Below are positions 29,004 to 39,200 of a DNA stretch of 64,000 nucleotides, one piece after another (position 1 is the stretch's first letter; every line of letters starts with the position of its first letter). A program made the translations under genes and the position numbers. Under the pieces are notes generated by a model. That model ran no database searches and was not told the origin of the DNA. It saw only the letters and a list, made by a program, of their open reading frames with translations. Source of the stretch: Methanocellales archaeon (lineage in GTDB: Archaea > Halobacteriota > JAWCLZ01); assembly GCA_038850275.1 (NCBI GenBank), contig JAWCLZ010000003.1:28194-92193 (forward strand). Direction: 5' to 3'.

Positions 29004-29433
29004 TGATTATCTTTAAATATCTACGCAGGTCTGGAGTAAGGGGTATTGAAATTCTCTCTCCCTTATGGGTGTTTACTAAGTAATAGGTCTCTGGGAGGAG
29101 TGGTACTTCGTAAATTTGATTGTTTATTTTGATTTTAAAATAAGTTAGCCCGTTTTTGCCTTTTATTTCTGAGATCTCGCTCACTATTCCCCTAATCGCG
29201 TTGGAATCAAATGCATCTTTGCTCATGGATTTGCGAGTAGCTAGGAATATCAAGCTGAAGATTAGAATGGCAATTGGGATCAAGGCAAGGTGAATTATTT
29301 TTTCATCCAAGTTGATGTTAACAAGTAAAATTCTAGTTAATTCAAAGCTAAATACTGCAGCTGCTATTAGGAATAGGAGATTGAGGACGTAAGCTAAGCT
29401 GACTTTAGCATTCAGCTTAAGCAATTCAATCAC
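28990..29433 (-). CDS. Membrane protein (2 TM plus a C-terminal soluble domain), unknown function
   Basis: Hydrophobic segments at residues about 15-35 and 45-65. Confidence 0.45.
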   Translation of the reverse strand: MIELLKLNAKVSLAYVLNLLFLIAAAVFSFELTRILLVNINLDEKIIHLALIPIAILIFSLIFLATRKSMSKDAFDSNAIRGIVSEISEIKGKNGLTYFKIKINNQIYEVPLLPETYYLVNTHKGERISIPLTPDLRRYLKIINNAQ

Positions 29434-29480
29434 CGTAACTTAAGGTTAATATTAGTTATATATAAAGCTAACTACGAAAT

Positions 29481-29519
29481 CTTTATATATAACAATTTAC
29501 TAACATTTGGTTACTAACC
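29481..29519 (+). promoter_or_regulatory. Putative hsp20 promoter: TATA-like element plus an 11-bp palindrome
   Basis: CTTTATATATAAC lies about 55-60 bp upstream of ATG 29544. GGTTACTAACC at 29509-29519 is a perfect palindrome, and TTACTAAC occurs twice. An SD (AAGGAGGTGA) follows. Confidence 0.35.
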
Positions 29520-29543
29520 CAAGGTTAAGGAGGTGATAATTCT

Positions 29544-30020
29544 ATGTTCAGGAGATGGTGGTGGGACCCATTTGAGGAATTAAGGAGGATGCAGGAGAGA
29601 ATGTCAAGGATCTTCAACGAACTTGAGCCATTGTTCGGCGAGCGACTCGCATTACCTAGTGAAAGAGGCTGGATAAGGCCATATGGAGAACCATACACCC
29701 TAGAGCCATTTGCAGATATACGCGAGACCGAAAAGGAGATCATCGTAACTGTTGACCTCCCTGGAGTTGACAAAAAAGACATTAACATCGAAGTTCAAGG
29801 AGACCAACTGGAGATCAGCGCTGAGAAGAAATATGAAGCAGAGGAAGAGAGCAAGGGATACATCAGGAGAGAACGAGCATACAATAAATTCTATAAATCA
29901 ATGAGACTTCCAACTGAAGTTGACGAGACCAAAGCCGAAGCCTCGCTTACCAATGGAGTGCTGGAAATCAGACTCCCTAAAATTAAAGCTGCAAAAGCAC
30001 GTACCATACCAGTGAAGTAA
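29544..30020 (+). CDS. Small heat-shock protein (Hsp20/alpha-crystallin)
   Basis: Alpha-crystallin domain (ETEKEIIVTVDLPGVDKKDINIEV, GVLEIRLPK). Confidence 0.85.
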   Translation: MFRRWWWDPFEELRRMQERMSRIFNELEPLFGERLALPSERGWIRPYGEPYTLEPFADIRETEKEIIVTVDLPGVDKKDINIEVQGDQLEISAEKKYEAEEESKGYIRRERAYNKFYKSMRLPTEVDETKAEASLTNGVLEIRLPKIKAAKARTIPVK

Positions 30021-30038
30021 AAAATTATTTAAAAAATT

Positions 30039-30473
30039 TTATTTTTTATCAAATAGTTTTAAAATCCTCAACGCAAGATATGCAGCATTTTCAGCATTAT
30101 CTATGCCAACGCAAGCCACAGGAACACCTTTTGGCATCTGAGCTATAGAGAGCAAAGCATCCAATCCCATAAGCTTGCCACTTACTGGCACGCCAATAAC
30201 AGGCTTATTGGTCTTCGCAGCTATAACTCCTGGAAGAGCAGCTGATAAACCTGCTATTGCAATGAATATCTTTGCTTCACAGCTGCGCACATAATCATCA
30301 AGCTTCTCAGGATCGCGATGCGCTGAAATAACTTGCATGTCATATTTCACCTTTGCCTCACTCAAGATCTTCGCTGCTTTCTCAGCTATATGCATATCTG
30401 AATCTGAACCCATTATTATAGCCACTTCTAGCTTTTTCCTTCTTGCCATTTTCCCAAATATAGAAGCAAGCAA
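30039..30473 (-). CDS. purE: N5-carboxyaminoimidazole ribonucleotide mutase
   Basis: [17 protein letters not shown]...[11 protein letters not shown]...[24 protein letters not shown]. Confidence 0.85.
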   Translation of the reverse strand: MLASIFGKMARRKKLEVAIIMGSDSDMHIAEKAAKILSEAKVKYDMQVISAHRDPEKLDDYVRSCEAKIFIAIAGLSAALPGVIAAKTNKPVIGVPVSGKLMGLDALLSIAQMPKGVPVACVGIDNAENAAYLALRILKLFDKK

Positions 30474-30526
30474 GTATTTAAATCCGCTGATGTATTAAAA
30501 TAAAAGAATTTAACTAACATAAAGCG

Positions 30527-31621
30527 ATGGATATGGACCTTGAAACAAGACTTTCATTAATCAAGGGAGTGGGCGAGGAGATCGTTACAGAAGAAGAATT
30601 GAGAACTCTGCTTGAAACCAAAGAAAGACCAGTTGCTTACGATGGCTTTGAGCCAAGTGGAATTGCGCATCTACCAATTGGAGTCTTTCGACCGCTTTTG
30701 ATAAAGGATTTGATAAAAGCAAAGGTTCACTTTAAACTCTTAATCGCAGATTCATTTGCTTGGATTAACAACAAACTTGGAGGGGACTTAGAGAAAATTC
30801 GAGACTGCGGGAGATACTTCATCGAAGTCTGGAAAGCAGCAGGAGTGGATATGGACAAGGTTGAGGTGATTTGGCATAAAGAGCACTTCGACAACCCTGA
30901 GTACTGGAAAAAGGTCATACTCATTGCAAAGGAACATACTCTAGCACGCACCCTTCGTGCTCTAACAATTGCAGGTAGAATAGGCAGTGAGAGCAATCCA
31001 GCTGCTTATACCTTCTATCCCTCAATGCAGTGCGCAGATATCTTCCAGCTTCAATGCGACATCTGCCAGCTTGGCTTAGACCAGCGTAAAGTAAACATGC
31101 TAGCGAGAGAAATAGGGCCTAAAATTGGCTTCTGGAAACCAGTTGTGATAGGTCACCACATGCTCCTAGGTTTACAGGGGCCAAGAGACCTAGAGGGCTA
31201 CGATGAACTTGCAGTTTACGATAGAGCCATAAGCTCTAAAATGAGTAAGAGTAAGCCAGAAACATCGATATTTGTGCATGACTCAAGAGAGGAGATATTT
31301 CGAAAGATACGCGCTGCATATTGCCCTGAGAAAGTGGTTGAAGATAACCCGATCTTGGATTATTCAAAGCATATAATCTTTCGAGCCTTCAAATCCATGC
31401 TCATAGAGCGCCCTGCGAAATATGGAGGCAATTTAGAGCTATATAGCTATAGTGAGCTCGAGGAAGAATATCGCAGCGGTAGACTTCATCCCCTTGATTT
31501 AAAGCTCGCGGTTGCAAATCATCTTGATAGATTAATAGCACCAATTAGAGAACATTTTGAAAAGGATAAAAAAGCAAGAGAGCTCTACGAATTTGTTAGA
31601 AAAATTGAAGTCACTAGGTAG
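30527..31621 (+). CDS. tyrS: Tyrosyl-tRNA synthetase (archaeal type)
   Basis: GFEPSG and KMSKS motifs. The C-terminal region (AAYCPEKVVEDNPIL...KYGGNLELYSYSELEEEYRSGRLHPLDLKLAVA) is collinear with archaeal TyrRS. Confidence 0.85.
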   Translation: MDMDLETRLSLIKGVGEEIVTEEELRTLLETKERPVAYDGFEPSGIAHLPIGVFRPLLIKDLIKAKVHFKLLIADSFAWINNKLGGDLEKIRDCGRYFIEVWKAAGVDMDKVEVIWHKEHFDNPEYWKKVILIAKEHTLARTLRALTIAGRIGSESNPAAYTFYPSMQCADIFQLQCDICQLGLDQRKVNMLAREIGPKIGFWKPVVIGHHMLLGLQGPRDLEGYDELAVYDRAISSKMSKSKPETSIFVHDSREEIFRKIRAAYCPEKVVEDNPILDYSKHIIFRAFKSMLIERPAKYGGNLELYSYSELEEEYRSGRLHPLDLKLAVANHLDRLIAPIREHFEKDKKARELYEFVRKIEVTR

Positions 31622-31622
31622 T

Positions 31623-31795
31623 TTAACCTCGTTTTTTCCTACATTTTTTCCTAGGTCTTAATTCATCTGGGAGGTCTTTAAAGGCTAAGATTAAATCCTC
31701 AGTGCAAGTTCGCTCAAATTCAGCCCCTGGAATGAGCAGCTCGATTTTTTCGGGTTGAATAACTTCCTTCTTCACCCTTGATTTTCTCTGCCTCA
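31623..31795 (-). CDS. Small basic protein, 57 aa, possibly co-transcribed with mtd
   Basis: MRQRKSRVKKEVIQPEKIELLIPGAEFERTCTEDLILAFKDLPDELRPRKKCRKKRG. It sits 39 bp downstream of the mtd stop and is below the ORF-track cutoff. Confidence 0.25.
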
Positions 31796-31834
31796 TTTCC
31801 CTTGCTTCATAAAAAAAATTAAAAAATTAGAAAG

Positions 31835-32674
31835 TTACGCTGGCTTCTCAAGCAGTGCAACTTTCTTGAGGAGCTTTCCTTCTTTATCGTGGGGCTCTCG
31901 GAACACTGAATCATTTGCCTTCTCGATCTCCCTCGCCTCATCAGCGAGCTTGGCAGCTGTCCTCATTAAATCGTGAGAAGCTGCCCCGAGGATTATATAT
32001 TTATTTGGATCCTGCTCCACGAAGCAAGTTCGCACATTTATACTTCCCACGAGTTCAGCCATACTCAAAGCTGCAAATGCCTTTGCCTTAGCATAGGGAT
32101 TCTTGAAGTTTGCTCTCTCAACACAGCGCTCTGGGTTAGCAATTATGGTTGGAAGCGTCAATGCTTGGCCTGCTTTAGCTTGTTCAATCAACTTATCAAG
32201 TTCCTCTTGAACAAGTCTAACTGCTCCACAAATTGCTAGCACTTTGATTGCATCTGCATTGAAATTTGCCATTTCAGCTGGATCTAGAAATTCTCTCCTA
32301 GCAGCAATCAAGGGATCCACTGGTAGCAATATATATCCAAATCCCTCTGCCTTAAGCGCTGCTCTGAAGTCCTTGGATTTCTGATCCCCGCCAGCAGGAC
32401 CATCTGAGATTATCAAAGTGGGCTTGCCCTTGAAAAATGCCCTCGCTGCCGTAGGCCCAGCTGCACTGCAATTAGGGCTGATTATTACATAGAAGTTGCA
32501 GTTATATGCGAGTAGTTTTTCCGCTTCTGGAGCTTCATCCTTGCCCATCTTGGCCCCTGTTCCAACTACTCTACAGGCAATATCCCCTCGATCTGCTCTT
32601 TCATCAAGCAACAGCTCAACCATCGCACTCGTGGCGATGTTCCCCATTTTCATAACTCCAATTTTCACAACCAT
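31835..32674 (-). CDS. mtd: F420-dependent methylenetetrahydromethanopterin dehydrogenase
   Basis: 279 aa, collinear with Mtd (MVVKIGVMKMGNIATSAMVELLLDERADRGDI...CFVEQDPNKYI...DEAREIEKANDSV). Confidence 0.9.
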   Translation of the reverse strand: MVVKIGVMKMGNIATSAMVELLLDERADRGDIACRVVGTGAKMGKDEAPEAEKLLAYNCNFYVIISPNCSAAGPTAARAFFKGKPTLIISDGPAGGDQKSKDFRAALKAEGFGYILLPVDPLIAARREFLDPAEMANFNADAIKVLAICGAVRLVQEELDKLIEQAKAGQALTLPTIIANPERCVERANFKNPYAKAKAFAALSMAELVGSINVRTCFVEQDPNKYIILGAASHDLMRTAAKLADEAREIEKANDSVFREPHDKEGKLLKKVALLEKPA

Positions 32675-32851
32675 ATTTAAGTCCCCTTTCCAAGTCTCCC
32701 TTTGATTCTCGTGAATATAAATTTTGTTAAATTATGCGGCTCTCCAAGAAATCTATTTTCCATAAAATAGGATCTCGTAAATTTCAAGAGCATCGTTTCA
32801 AGAGCATTCAAAATCTTTTTAATCAAAAGCTTCGATAACTAGGATTAATTA

Positions 32852-33763
32852 ATGAAAAACGATGTAAAGCTAAAAGCTGCGTTGCTATCAATTACCTCAA
32901 ATATTTCATTGATAGTTCTAAAGCTCACAACTGGAGTGCTGATTTCTTCCATTAGTGTTATCTCCGAAGGAATCCACTCAGGCTTGGATTTAATTGCAGC
33001 AATTATAACCTATGCTTCACTCAAGAAATCCTCTCAACCGCCAGATGATACCCATAGATTTGGACATGGAAAGGTTGAGGATATATCTGGAGCTGTAGAA
33101 GCTATTTTAATATTCGGGGCAGCCTTCTTCATCATTTACATCTCAATCGAAAAGCTATTGAAAGGGGGAGAAATTGAAATGACCACTCCAGGGATTGCTA
33201 TCATGGCTATATCAGCGATTTTAAACTTCTTCGTCTCGAAGAAGCTGCTTAAAGTTGCAAGAGAAACCGACTCCATTGCTCTTGAAGCAGATGGCTGGCA
33301 CCTACGCACTGATGTTTACACCTCCACAGGAGTTCTAGGAGGTCTTCTTTTAATTGCAATCACAGGTTTGAAAATTCTAGACCCAGTTTTTGCAATCATA
33401 GTGGCACTCTTTATAATTAAAGCTGGCTTTGAATTAACCAAGCGCTCAATCTATGATCTAACTGATTATAAACTCCCGGATGAAGATGAATTAAAGATTA
33501 AATCCATACTAGAGGAACATACTTCTCAATTTGTAGAATTCCACAAGCTTCGAACTAGAAGATCTGGCTCGGATAAGTTCGTGGACCTCCACTTAGTGGT
33601 TTCAAAAAACTTAACTCTAGATGAAGCCCATAATTTATGCTATCATTTAGAGGATGACCTGAAAAAAGCTTTTCCAACTATGAATGTGATGATCCACATT
33701 GAGCCTTGCGGGCAGAATTGCATCTCCTGTCGAATCGAATGTAGAGCGAAGGAATCTACTTGA
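32852..33763 (+). CDS. Cation diffusion facilitator (CDF) transporter
   Basis: 6 TM helices plus a C-terminal cytoplasmic domain. Motifs HSGLDLIAA and DGWHLRTD. Confidence 0.8.
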   Translation: MKNDVKLKAALLSITSNISLIVLKLTTGVLISSISVISEGIHSGLDLIAAIITYASLKKSSQPPDDTHRFGHGKVEDISGAVEAILIFGAAFFIIYISIEKLLKGGEIEMTTPGIAIMAISAILNFFVSKKLLKVARETDSIALEADGWHLRTDVYTSTGVLGGLLLIAITGLKILDPVFAIIVALFIIKAGFELTKRSIYDLTDYKLPDEDELKIKSILEEHTSQFVEFHKLRTRRSGSDKFVDLHLVVSKNLTLDEAHNLCYHLEDDLKKAFPTMNVMIHIEPCGQNCISCRIECRAKEST

Positions 33764-34250
33764 ATCTACTATTGAACATTTCCTCCCCGTGAAGTGGATA
33801 TACCTTGATTAAAAAATCACGGATCATCTGCTTGCCATCGACAGCACTGTTAAAACCACACCAAATGTACTTCATAGAGGCGCCGAAGTAGAAAAAGCGC
33901 TTCCCCAGCGCTTCAAGGGAATCCGCGATTCTAAGTATTGCACTTTCCTCAACGTGGACAACGACATCAAAATGGTTTGCAATTGCTAGAGCTCGAAGTG
34001 CATCCTCTCCAAATTGCATGCAGTCAACATAATCAGCGAGGTCTAATCTATGGAAAATTCCAATTTTCTCTGAATCGATCTTATCAATTATCTCAAGTTT
34101 AATATCACAATCCCTCATAAAGTCCGCTATCACATCGCTTGTGAAAAAATTTCCCTCTTCATCCTCATAGAATACCACTACATTGGCTTGAGCTAAAACA
34201 TCTGCTCGCTTCCTCTCCTCTTGATCCATTGCAAATTTTACAATCATCAT
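33756..34250 (-). CDS. Acidic hypothetical protein
   Basis: 164 aa, no recognisable motif. Confidence 0.4.
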   Translation of the reverse strand: MMIVKFAMDQEERKRADVLAQANVVVFYEDEEGNFFTSDVIADFMRDCDIKLEIIDKIDSEKIGIFHRLDLADYVDCMQFGEDALRALAIANHFDVVVHVEESAILRIADSLEALGKRFFYFGASMKYIWCGFNSAVDGKQMIRDFLIKVYPLHGEEMFNSRFK

Positions 34251-34309
34251 TTATACTTTTTCTTTAATAAGTGAAAAACTTAATGCTTTACATCTACATA
34301 TCTAGCGCT

Positions 34310-35098
34310 ATGCTCAAACTTCAAGATCTCGCCCTAGATTTGGAGAGTGTTAAAAAAACAATTGAGAGTTTTATAAAAAACGAGGTTAAAGCTGCAAAAG
34401 CAAAGGGAGCTATCATTGGAATGAGCGGAGGACTGGACTCCTCAACTGTAGCGAAGCTATGCGTAAATGCTCTGGGTTCAAACAATGTCTTAGGGCTAAT
34501 TCTACCATTTAGCGAGGAAGATATAGATAGCTCTGATGCAGTTAACTTGGCGAGGACACTTAGAATTGCATATGAAGTAATCAATATCAAGCAAATATTA
34601 AATGCTTATCAACAGAGCTGCGAGCACTTCAAGCGTAGGAAGAGGCTTCCCAAGGCAAATTTAATCCCGAGGATTCGCATGGCAATGCTGTATTATCATG
34701 CAAATCTATTGAACTACTTAGTGATTGGAACCGGGAATAAAAGCGAGATTTCAACTGGCTACTTCACTAAATATGGCGATGGAGCAGCTGATATTCTACC
34801 AATAGGAGATCTATATAAAACCCAGGTTCGAATGCTTGCGGAGTATATTGGGATTCCAAAGCATATCTTAAAAAAAGTCCCAACCCCAGGGCTCTGGAGG
34901 GGGCAAACTGATGAGGGCGAGCTAGGGATAACTTATCCAGAACTTGACTTAATCTTATTTGCTCTAGAGAGAGGACTATCTGTGGGGGAAATTCAAAGAG
35001 AGACACAATTCCCTAAGCATAAAATTGAAATGGTTATATCTAGGCTCGCAAGAAGTAAGCATAAGAGAGAGATGCCACCTGTGGCTAAGATTAATTAA
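34310..35098 (+). CDS. nadE: NH3-dependent NAD+ synthetase
   Basis: PP-loop GMSGGLDSST. ATG at 34310 is preferred over the upstream GTG at 34271. Confidence 0.8.
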   Translation: MLKLQDLALDLESVKKTIESFIKNEVKAAKAKGAIIGMSGGLDSSTVAKLCVNALGSNNVLGLILPFSEEDIDSSDAVNLARTLRIAYEVINIKQILNAYQQSCEHFKRRKRLPKANLIPRIRMAMLYYHANLLNYLVIGTGNKSEISTGYFTKYGDGAADILPIGDLYKTQVRMLAEYIGIPKHILKKVPTPGLWRGQTDEGELGITYPELDLILFALERGLSVGEIQRETQFPKHKIEMVISRLARSKHKREMPPVAKIN

Positions 35099-35105
35099 TC
35101 CAAAA

Positions 35106-35594
35106 TCATCTCCCAATTAACCGCTGCTTGATCCAGTCGAAAATAAGTGTAACATAGCCCACATAGGGTATCTTTACCTTTGCAACTCCAATGACCCACT
35201 CAGGCTTAACTGGATATCTCACATTTGGAAGTCCACCTTGATCATAATATTTATTATTATCCCCCTTGGTTATGTAGCCTGCGAATGGTGCTATTTTACC
35301 ATTAGGCATGAGATCACCTGCGTTTACCCAGTACATTGCCCTATGGATAATTGGGGTCATCCTTGAATCACCATCTGGCTTGTAGAGAATAACATCCCCA
35401 TAGTCCCCGAACATCTTATAATTAATTTCCTTTCCCTCACGATATGTTATGATCTTTGTATAAGTTGGGCTTTGGATGAATAAAACATCCCCTATATTAA
35501 TATTCGGCACCATGCTTGGTGACTCAGGCACCACCATTGGAGGCCAAGTTCCAGATAAACTATAAAGCACAAGAGCTATTATGGAAACAAGCAA
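35106..35594 (-). CDS. Archaeal type I signal peptidase (S26B/Sec11-like)
   Basis: TM anchor then PESPSMVPNINIGDVLFIQ, the catalytic Ser box. TTG start. No in-frame ATG was found upstream before a stop. Confidence 0.7.
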   Translation of the reverse strand: MLVSIIALVLYSLSGTWPPMVVPESPSMVPNINIGDVLFIQSPTYTKIITYREGKEINYKMFGDYGDVILYKPDGDSRMTPIIHRAMYWVNAGDLMPNGKIAPFAGYITKGDNNKYYDQGGLPNVRYPVKPEWVIGVAKVKIPYVGYVTLIFDWIKQRLIGR

Positions 35595-35800
35595 TAGTGC
35601 AGATAAAAGATCTCTAACTAATGCTACAAAGGGGTCTTCGCTTTTAAGGAATCTTTGAACTTGTAGTTTGAGGAATTCATCGAATTTAATGCTATTTCCT
35701 CCAATTTTAAATTAATGAGATGCTTTATTGAAAAATCTTATGCCAATTGCATTGGAAATATCTTTAAATAGTTTTTTTGGTAAAAGTATGATTGAGTTAA

Positions 35801-36055
35801 ATGAAGGTACAGCGTATTGAACTCAAGAAGGGCAAATTTGAGGTTTACAAAGTGGGAAATATGAGATTCGAGAGAATCTTTGAATGCGGTGAGTCCAAGG
35901 GAGAGAGATGGGTGGGCTTCTTTGAGGATAAGGATCGCGACATTCCTGTATTCGCGCGCTCTAAAGAAGGCTTTACTATTGATGAAATTCGCGAAACATT
36001 GAAGGCGACTCAGAAGTTCATAGAGGTGGTGAAAAAGCGTTCAAAGCCAGAATAG
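35801..36055 (+). CDS. Hypothetical protein
   Basis: 84 aa, soluble, no motif. Confidence 0.35.
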   Translation: MKVQRIELKKGKFEVYKVGNMRFERIFECGESKGERWVGFFEDKDRDIPVFARSKEGFTIDEIRETLKATQKFIEVVKKRSKPE

Positions 36056-36061
36056 GAATAG

Positions 36062-36436
36062 TCAAGTACTTGCTTGCTGAGATGAGAGATTCTCCACTAA
36101 CTGCATTATTGCTCTATGAGCTCTCCTCCCTTTTTCAGTTAATGTATACTGCTTGAAAATCCCCTTCTGAACAAGTCCCTCGCTCTCAAGCTCGCTGAGA
36201 TGGTCTATTATATTTGACCTCGACCTCCCGAGTTCCTCAGGAATATCCCTCTCAGTGAGGTCTTTTTGAAGCGAGCAGTAAATCATAGTGGATGTTAATC
36301 CCTGCTCCTCGTGGAAAAGTAAATTTATAATGTAAAGCCGGGCAAAGCTCTTTGTGATATCTCTTACACCAGATGAGGTTAGAATTTGATATACCTTGTG
36401 AACATCATTGGTAATTTTTTCCTTAGCATTTTCCAT
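36062..36436 (-). CDS. ArsR-like winged-HTH transcriptional regulator
   Basis: HTH region (SNIIDHLSELESEGLVQKG). Confidence 0.55.
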   Translation of the reverse strand: MENAKEKITNDVHKVYQILTSSGVRDITKSFARLYIINLLFHEEQGLTSTMIYCSLQKDLTERDIPEELGRSRSNIIDHLSELESEGLVQKGIFKQYTLTEKGRRAHRAIMQLVENLSSQQAST

Positions 36437-36549
36437 AGCATTTTATAATTCATGGTAATGATATTATTACTTTTTTGTTTTTTAACTAATATAGCTTTCA
36501 AAAAATCTTTAAAATTAAAGTTTAATAAGAAATAAGTTGGAGGAGAGAA

Positions 36550-36765
36550 TTGCCCAACCTAAGTACTGCGATTGAAATAATTGTGCTGCTGATAGGGGGA
36601 ATAATACTTTTCTCAGTAATAGGACTCCTTTTGAAGTTCTACGAGGGTATGTCTATTCAGAGGAGAATCGATCAATTTCACCGATATAGAGCTTATATAA
36701 TTGATAGAGTAACAGGTGCTTTAACAATAGTGGGCCGCCCGGTTAAGAGGAGGAAAGATAAATAA
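36550..36765 (+). CDS. Small membrane protein
   Basis: 71 aa, one TM helix (IEIIVLLIGGIILFSVIGLL). Confidence 0.3.
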   Translation: MPNLSTAIEIIVLLIGGIILFSVIGLLLKFYEGMSIQRRIDQFHRYRAYIIDRVTGALTIVGRPVKRRKDK

Positions 36766-36768
36766 GGG

Positions 36769-36981
36769 CTATCGCTTCATTGCAGCTTTCTTATCCTTAT
36801 AGCGCTTGATATTCCAAGCAGCTAATAACATCCAGCCCAAACCTAGAATTATGACTACAATTACCCCAAGTGCATACTCAGGATAGATCTTCTTCACTTG
36901 CGTCATTGCTATGGCTATTATCGTGAAAGCAATGCTAATAGCTAGATTTATCTGAAGTTTGGTGTATGGATCAGTTGCCAT
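36769..36981 (-). CDS. Small membrane protein (2 TM)
   Basis: 70 aa, two hydrophobic helices. Confidence 0.35.
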   Translation of the reverse strand: MATDPYTKLQINLAISIAFTIIAIAMTQVKKIYPEYALGVIVVIILGLGWMLLAAWNIKRYKDKKAAMKR

Positions 36982-37145
36982 TTTCCAATACCTCTTTATA
37001 AATGCCTTACATCTAATCCCTTATAATTTTATCCATAAAGAAAAGAAGATTAAGAAATATAAAATTGAAGAAAAAGAAATAGAAAACAGATGAAAATCCA
37101 GATAGATATAAGAGCCTGAAAAAGAAATAAAAGGAAATAAAAATT

Positions 37146-37218
37146 GGGCTTGTGGGGTAGCGGACTATCCTAGCGGGCTTCGGACCCGCTGACCTGGGTT
37201 CAAATCCCAGCAGGCCCG
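37146..37218 (+). tRNA. tRNA-Arg (anticodon TCG)
   Basis: Acceptor stem GGGCTTG pairs with CAGGCCC (one G-U). The anticodon arm GCGGG-CTTCGGA-CCCGC carries TCG. T arm is CTGGG-TTCAAAT-CCCAG, discriminator G. No CCA is encoded. Confidence 0.85.
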
Positions 37219-37412
37219 TGCTTCTTTGCTCCAACCTAGCTAAGTGCTACGCCTTTAATTAAGGCTTCTCCAAAGGCTTTTGTTATCGAGCTTCGAAAAC
37301 GAGCTTTCTCCCTCCAAGAACCTTCTCATTATAAACGATTATGCGTCTTTGTTATGTCGAGTGAGCTTCATCAATCGCTCTCTATCTTCATTACTCCTCT
37401 TTCTTTCAATCA

Positions 37413-37643
37413 CTACTTTCTGAAGAGTTGCCTAAGCTCGGGATATCGCTTTTTCAAGAGTTCATTAATGTCAGGTCGAACAGCAATCCTTATTCCTTTA
37501 CCATCTCTTCTCCAGAAAGTCATCGCTATCTTGCCATAGTCTCTATAGATCAATGCATTGTTACCAAAAGTACAACCTGTGACAAATTGGATGCCATCGC
37601 TGAAACAGTTATTAGTCTCTACAATTGCAAGTACCTCTTCCAT
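37413..37643 (-). CDS. Small Cys-containing protein of unknown function, divergent from nikR
   Basis: 76 aa, [18 protein letters not shown]. No family assignment. Confidence 0.3.
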   Translation of the reverse strand: MEEVLAIVETNNCFSDGIQFVTGCTFGNNALIYRDYGKIAMTFWRRDGKGIRIAVRPDINELLKKRYPELRQLFRK

Positions 37644-38044
37644 ATTGTGTTATAATTTTATTTTTCATGTTGCTTAGAAAGTTCGATGAAGTAATTGAGG
37701 AAAAGGGCTATATGAATAGATCAGAGGCAATTAGAGATCTAATTAGAGATTTTCTAGTTAGCGAGGAATGGGAGAGGGGGAAAGAAGTTATAGGTTCTCT
37801 CACCCTTTTATATGACCACGAAGTTAGAGGTGTAGATGAGAAGCTTACTGATATTCAGCATTCTCATCACGCGCATATTATTTCCAGCATGCATGTGCAC
37901 TTAGATGAGCGAAATTGCATAGAAGTATTGGTTATTAAAGGAGTGTCTGAAGAGGTGAAGAAGATAGCGGACACTTTAATCAGTGCTCGAGGAGTAAAGC
38001 ACGGGAAATTAGTGATGACCTCAACAGGTAGAGAAATAACATAG
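37625..38044 (+). CDS. nikR: Nickel-responsive regulator NikR, atypical N-terminus
   Basis: [25 protein letters not shown] is RHH helices A and B. The C-terminal metal-binding domain carries the His-rich motif HSHHAHI...[17 protein letters not shown]. The residues preceding helix A ([15 protein letters not shown]) do not resemble the RHH beta-strand. Confidence 0.75.
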   Translation: MQVPLPYCVIILFFMLLRKFDEVIEEKGYMNRSEAIRDLIRDFLVSEEWERGKEVIGSLTLLYDHEVRGVDEKLTDIQHSHHAHIISSMHVHLDERNCIEVLVIKGVSEEVKKIADTLISARGVKHGKLVMTSTGREIT

Positions 38045-38364
38045 CTTTTTTAATACCTAGTTTAGCAATAGCTTACCATTACACATTGCACCTCATCTGC
38101 CTTGGCTATGAGAAGATTTCCTCATTTGTATCAAGTTCTCCTTTTTAAATTTTTCTCGGATTCCATAGCTGTATCTTAAATGTCTTTTCGTCCATTTTGT
38201 CCACTTCGCTGAGCTACTGCATTCTCATTCATCCCGGGAATGCATTATCAATACTTCACTCATCCCGAAAATCTCTCCAAGAAGTATTAAGCTATGGAAA
38301 AATTTTCCTGAATCAATTAGTTTGGAGGAAAACTGATGCATTTGATACAAGGAGGAATTTGAAT

Positions 38365-39200
38365 TTAGCTTTTATGCCATTGACACTTTCCATTGACACA
38401 TTTGCATTCCAATTCATATTTCTTTGCATCATAGCATTCTCTCCATTCACATGTTGTAATTATTGGTTCTTCATATTTGGATTGGCAAACTTGTCCAGAG
38501 CAGCCGCTTTTTATGCAATCAAAATCAGATGAGCAATTCCCATAAGTTGACCAACCGCAGAATGGCTTGCATTCCCCTCTGTAAAATGCCCATTCTTCGC
38601 ATTCGCTTCCATCTGGGAAAATACATACACCATATTCATTTCCTTCTTTATCCTTTCTAAACTCCCACCTTGCTCCATACAATAAATTGAGGCTGGATTT
38701 GGTAGTGTCTCTTCATTTTCAATTTCAATATTTACTTCTTTTTGCCATAAAAGTTCTCCAGCGATGCTTTCAAATTCGACACCCCAGATTTGAATTATAT
38801 ATTTCCCTTTCCCTAGAGGCCCAATTTTCATGTTAACTTCATAATCACATATACATCTGCATATTTCACCCTCATTTTTTTCTTTTATTTTAATCAAAAT
38901 ATAATTTTTATAGGTTTCTACGTGGTTCAAATAAACCTTAATTTTGGCACAGCAGACATAGCTCAAGTGATGAGTTAAATTGATAAAACCATCGTTGAGT
39001 TTTAAATCCACTTTTTCCACGCCTTTCGTCCTTGTATACTCTCTTTCAATCTTTTCCTCGCACCCGCTTATATTATAATAAAGTTTTATCTCAAGAGAAG
39101 GAGCAGTTAACTTCTCAAAATACATAAAATATAGAAATAAACCAATTGCTGCAACTAAAACACTGAGCAATAAAACTCCAAGGATTGATTTACTTCTCAT
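38365..39200 (-). pseudogene. Secreted Cys-rich DUF333-domain protein interrupted by a -1/+2 frameshift
   Basis: The upstream ORF (signal peptide plus an N-terminal domain) ends ...NPASIYCMEQGGSLE. The DUF333 continuation WEFRKDKEGNEYGVCIFPDGSECEEWAFYRGEC plus a C-terminal 8-Cys domain is in another frame. The junction is at about 38650-38665. Confidence 0.6.

Noticed and set aside
37013-37234. 73-aa minus-strand ORF.
   Set aside because: It overlaps the tRNA-Arg gene on the opposite strand and has a poly-F/L low-complexity translation.
38197-38660. Plus-strand ORFs 38197-38532 and 38463-38660.
   Set aside because: They are antisense to the DUF333/8-Cys domain coding region, whose conserved motifs identify the minus strand as coding.
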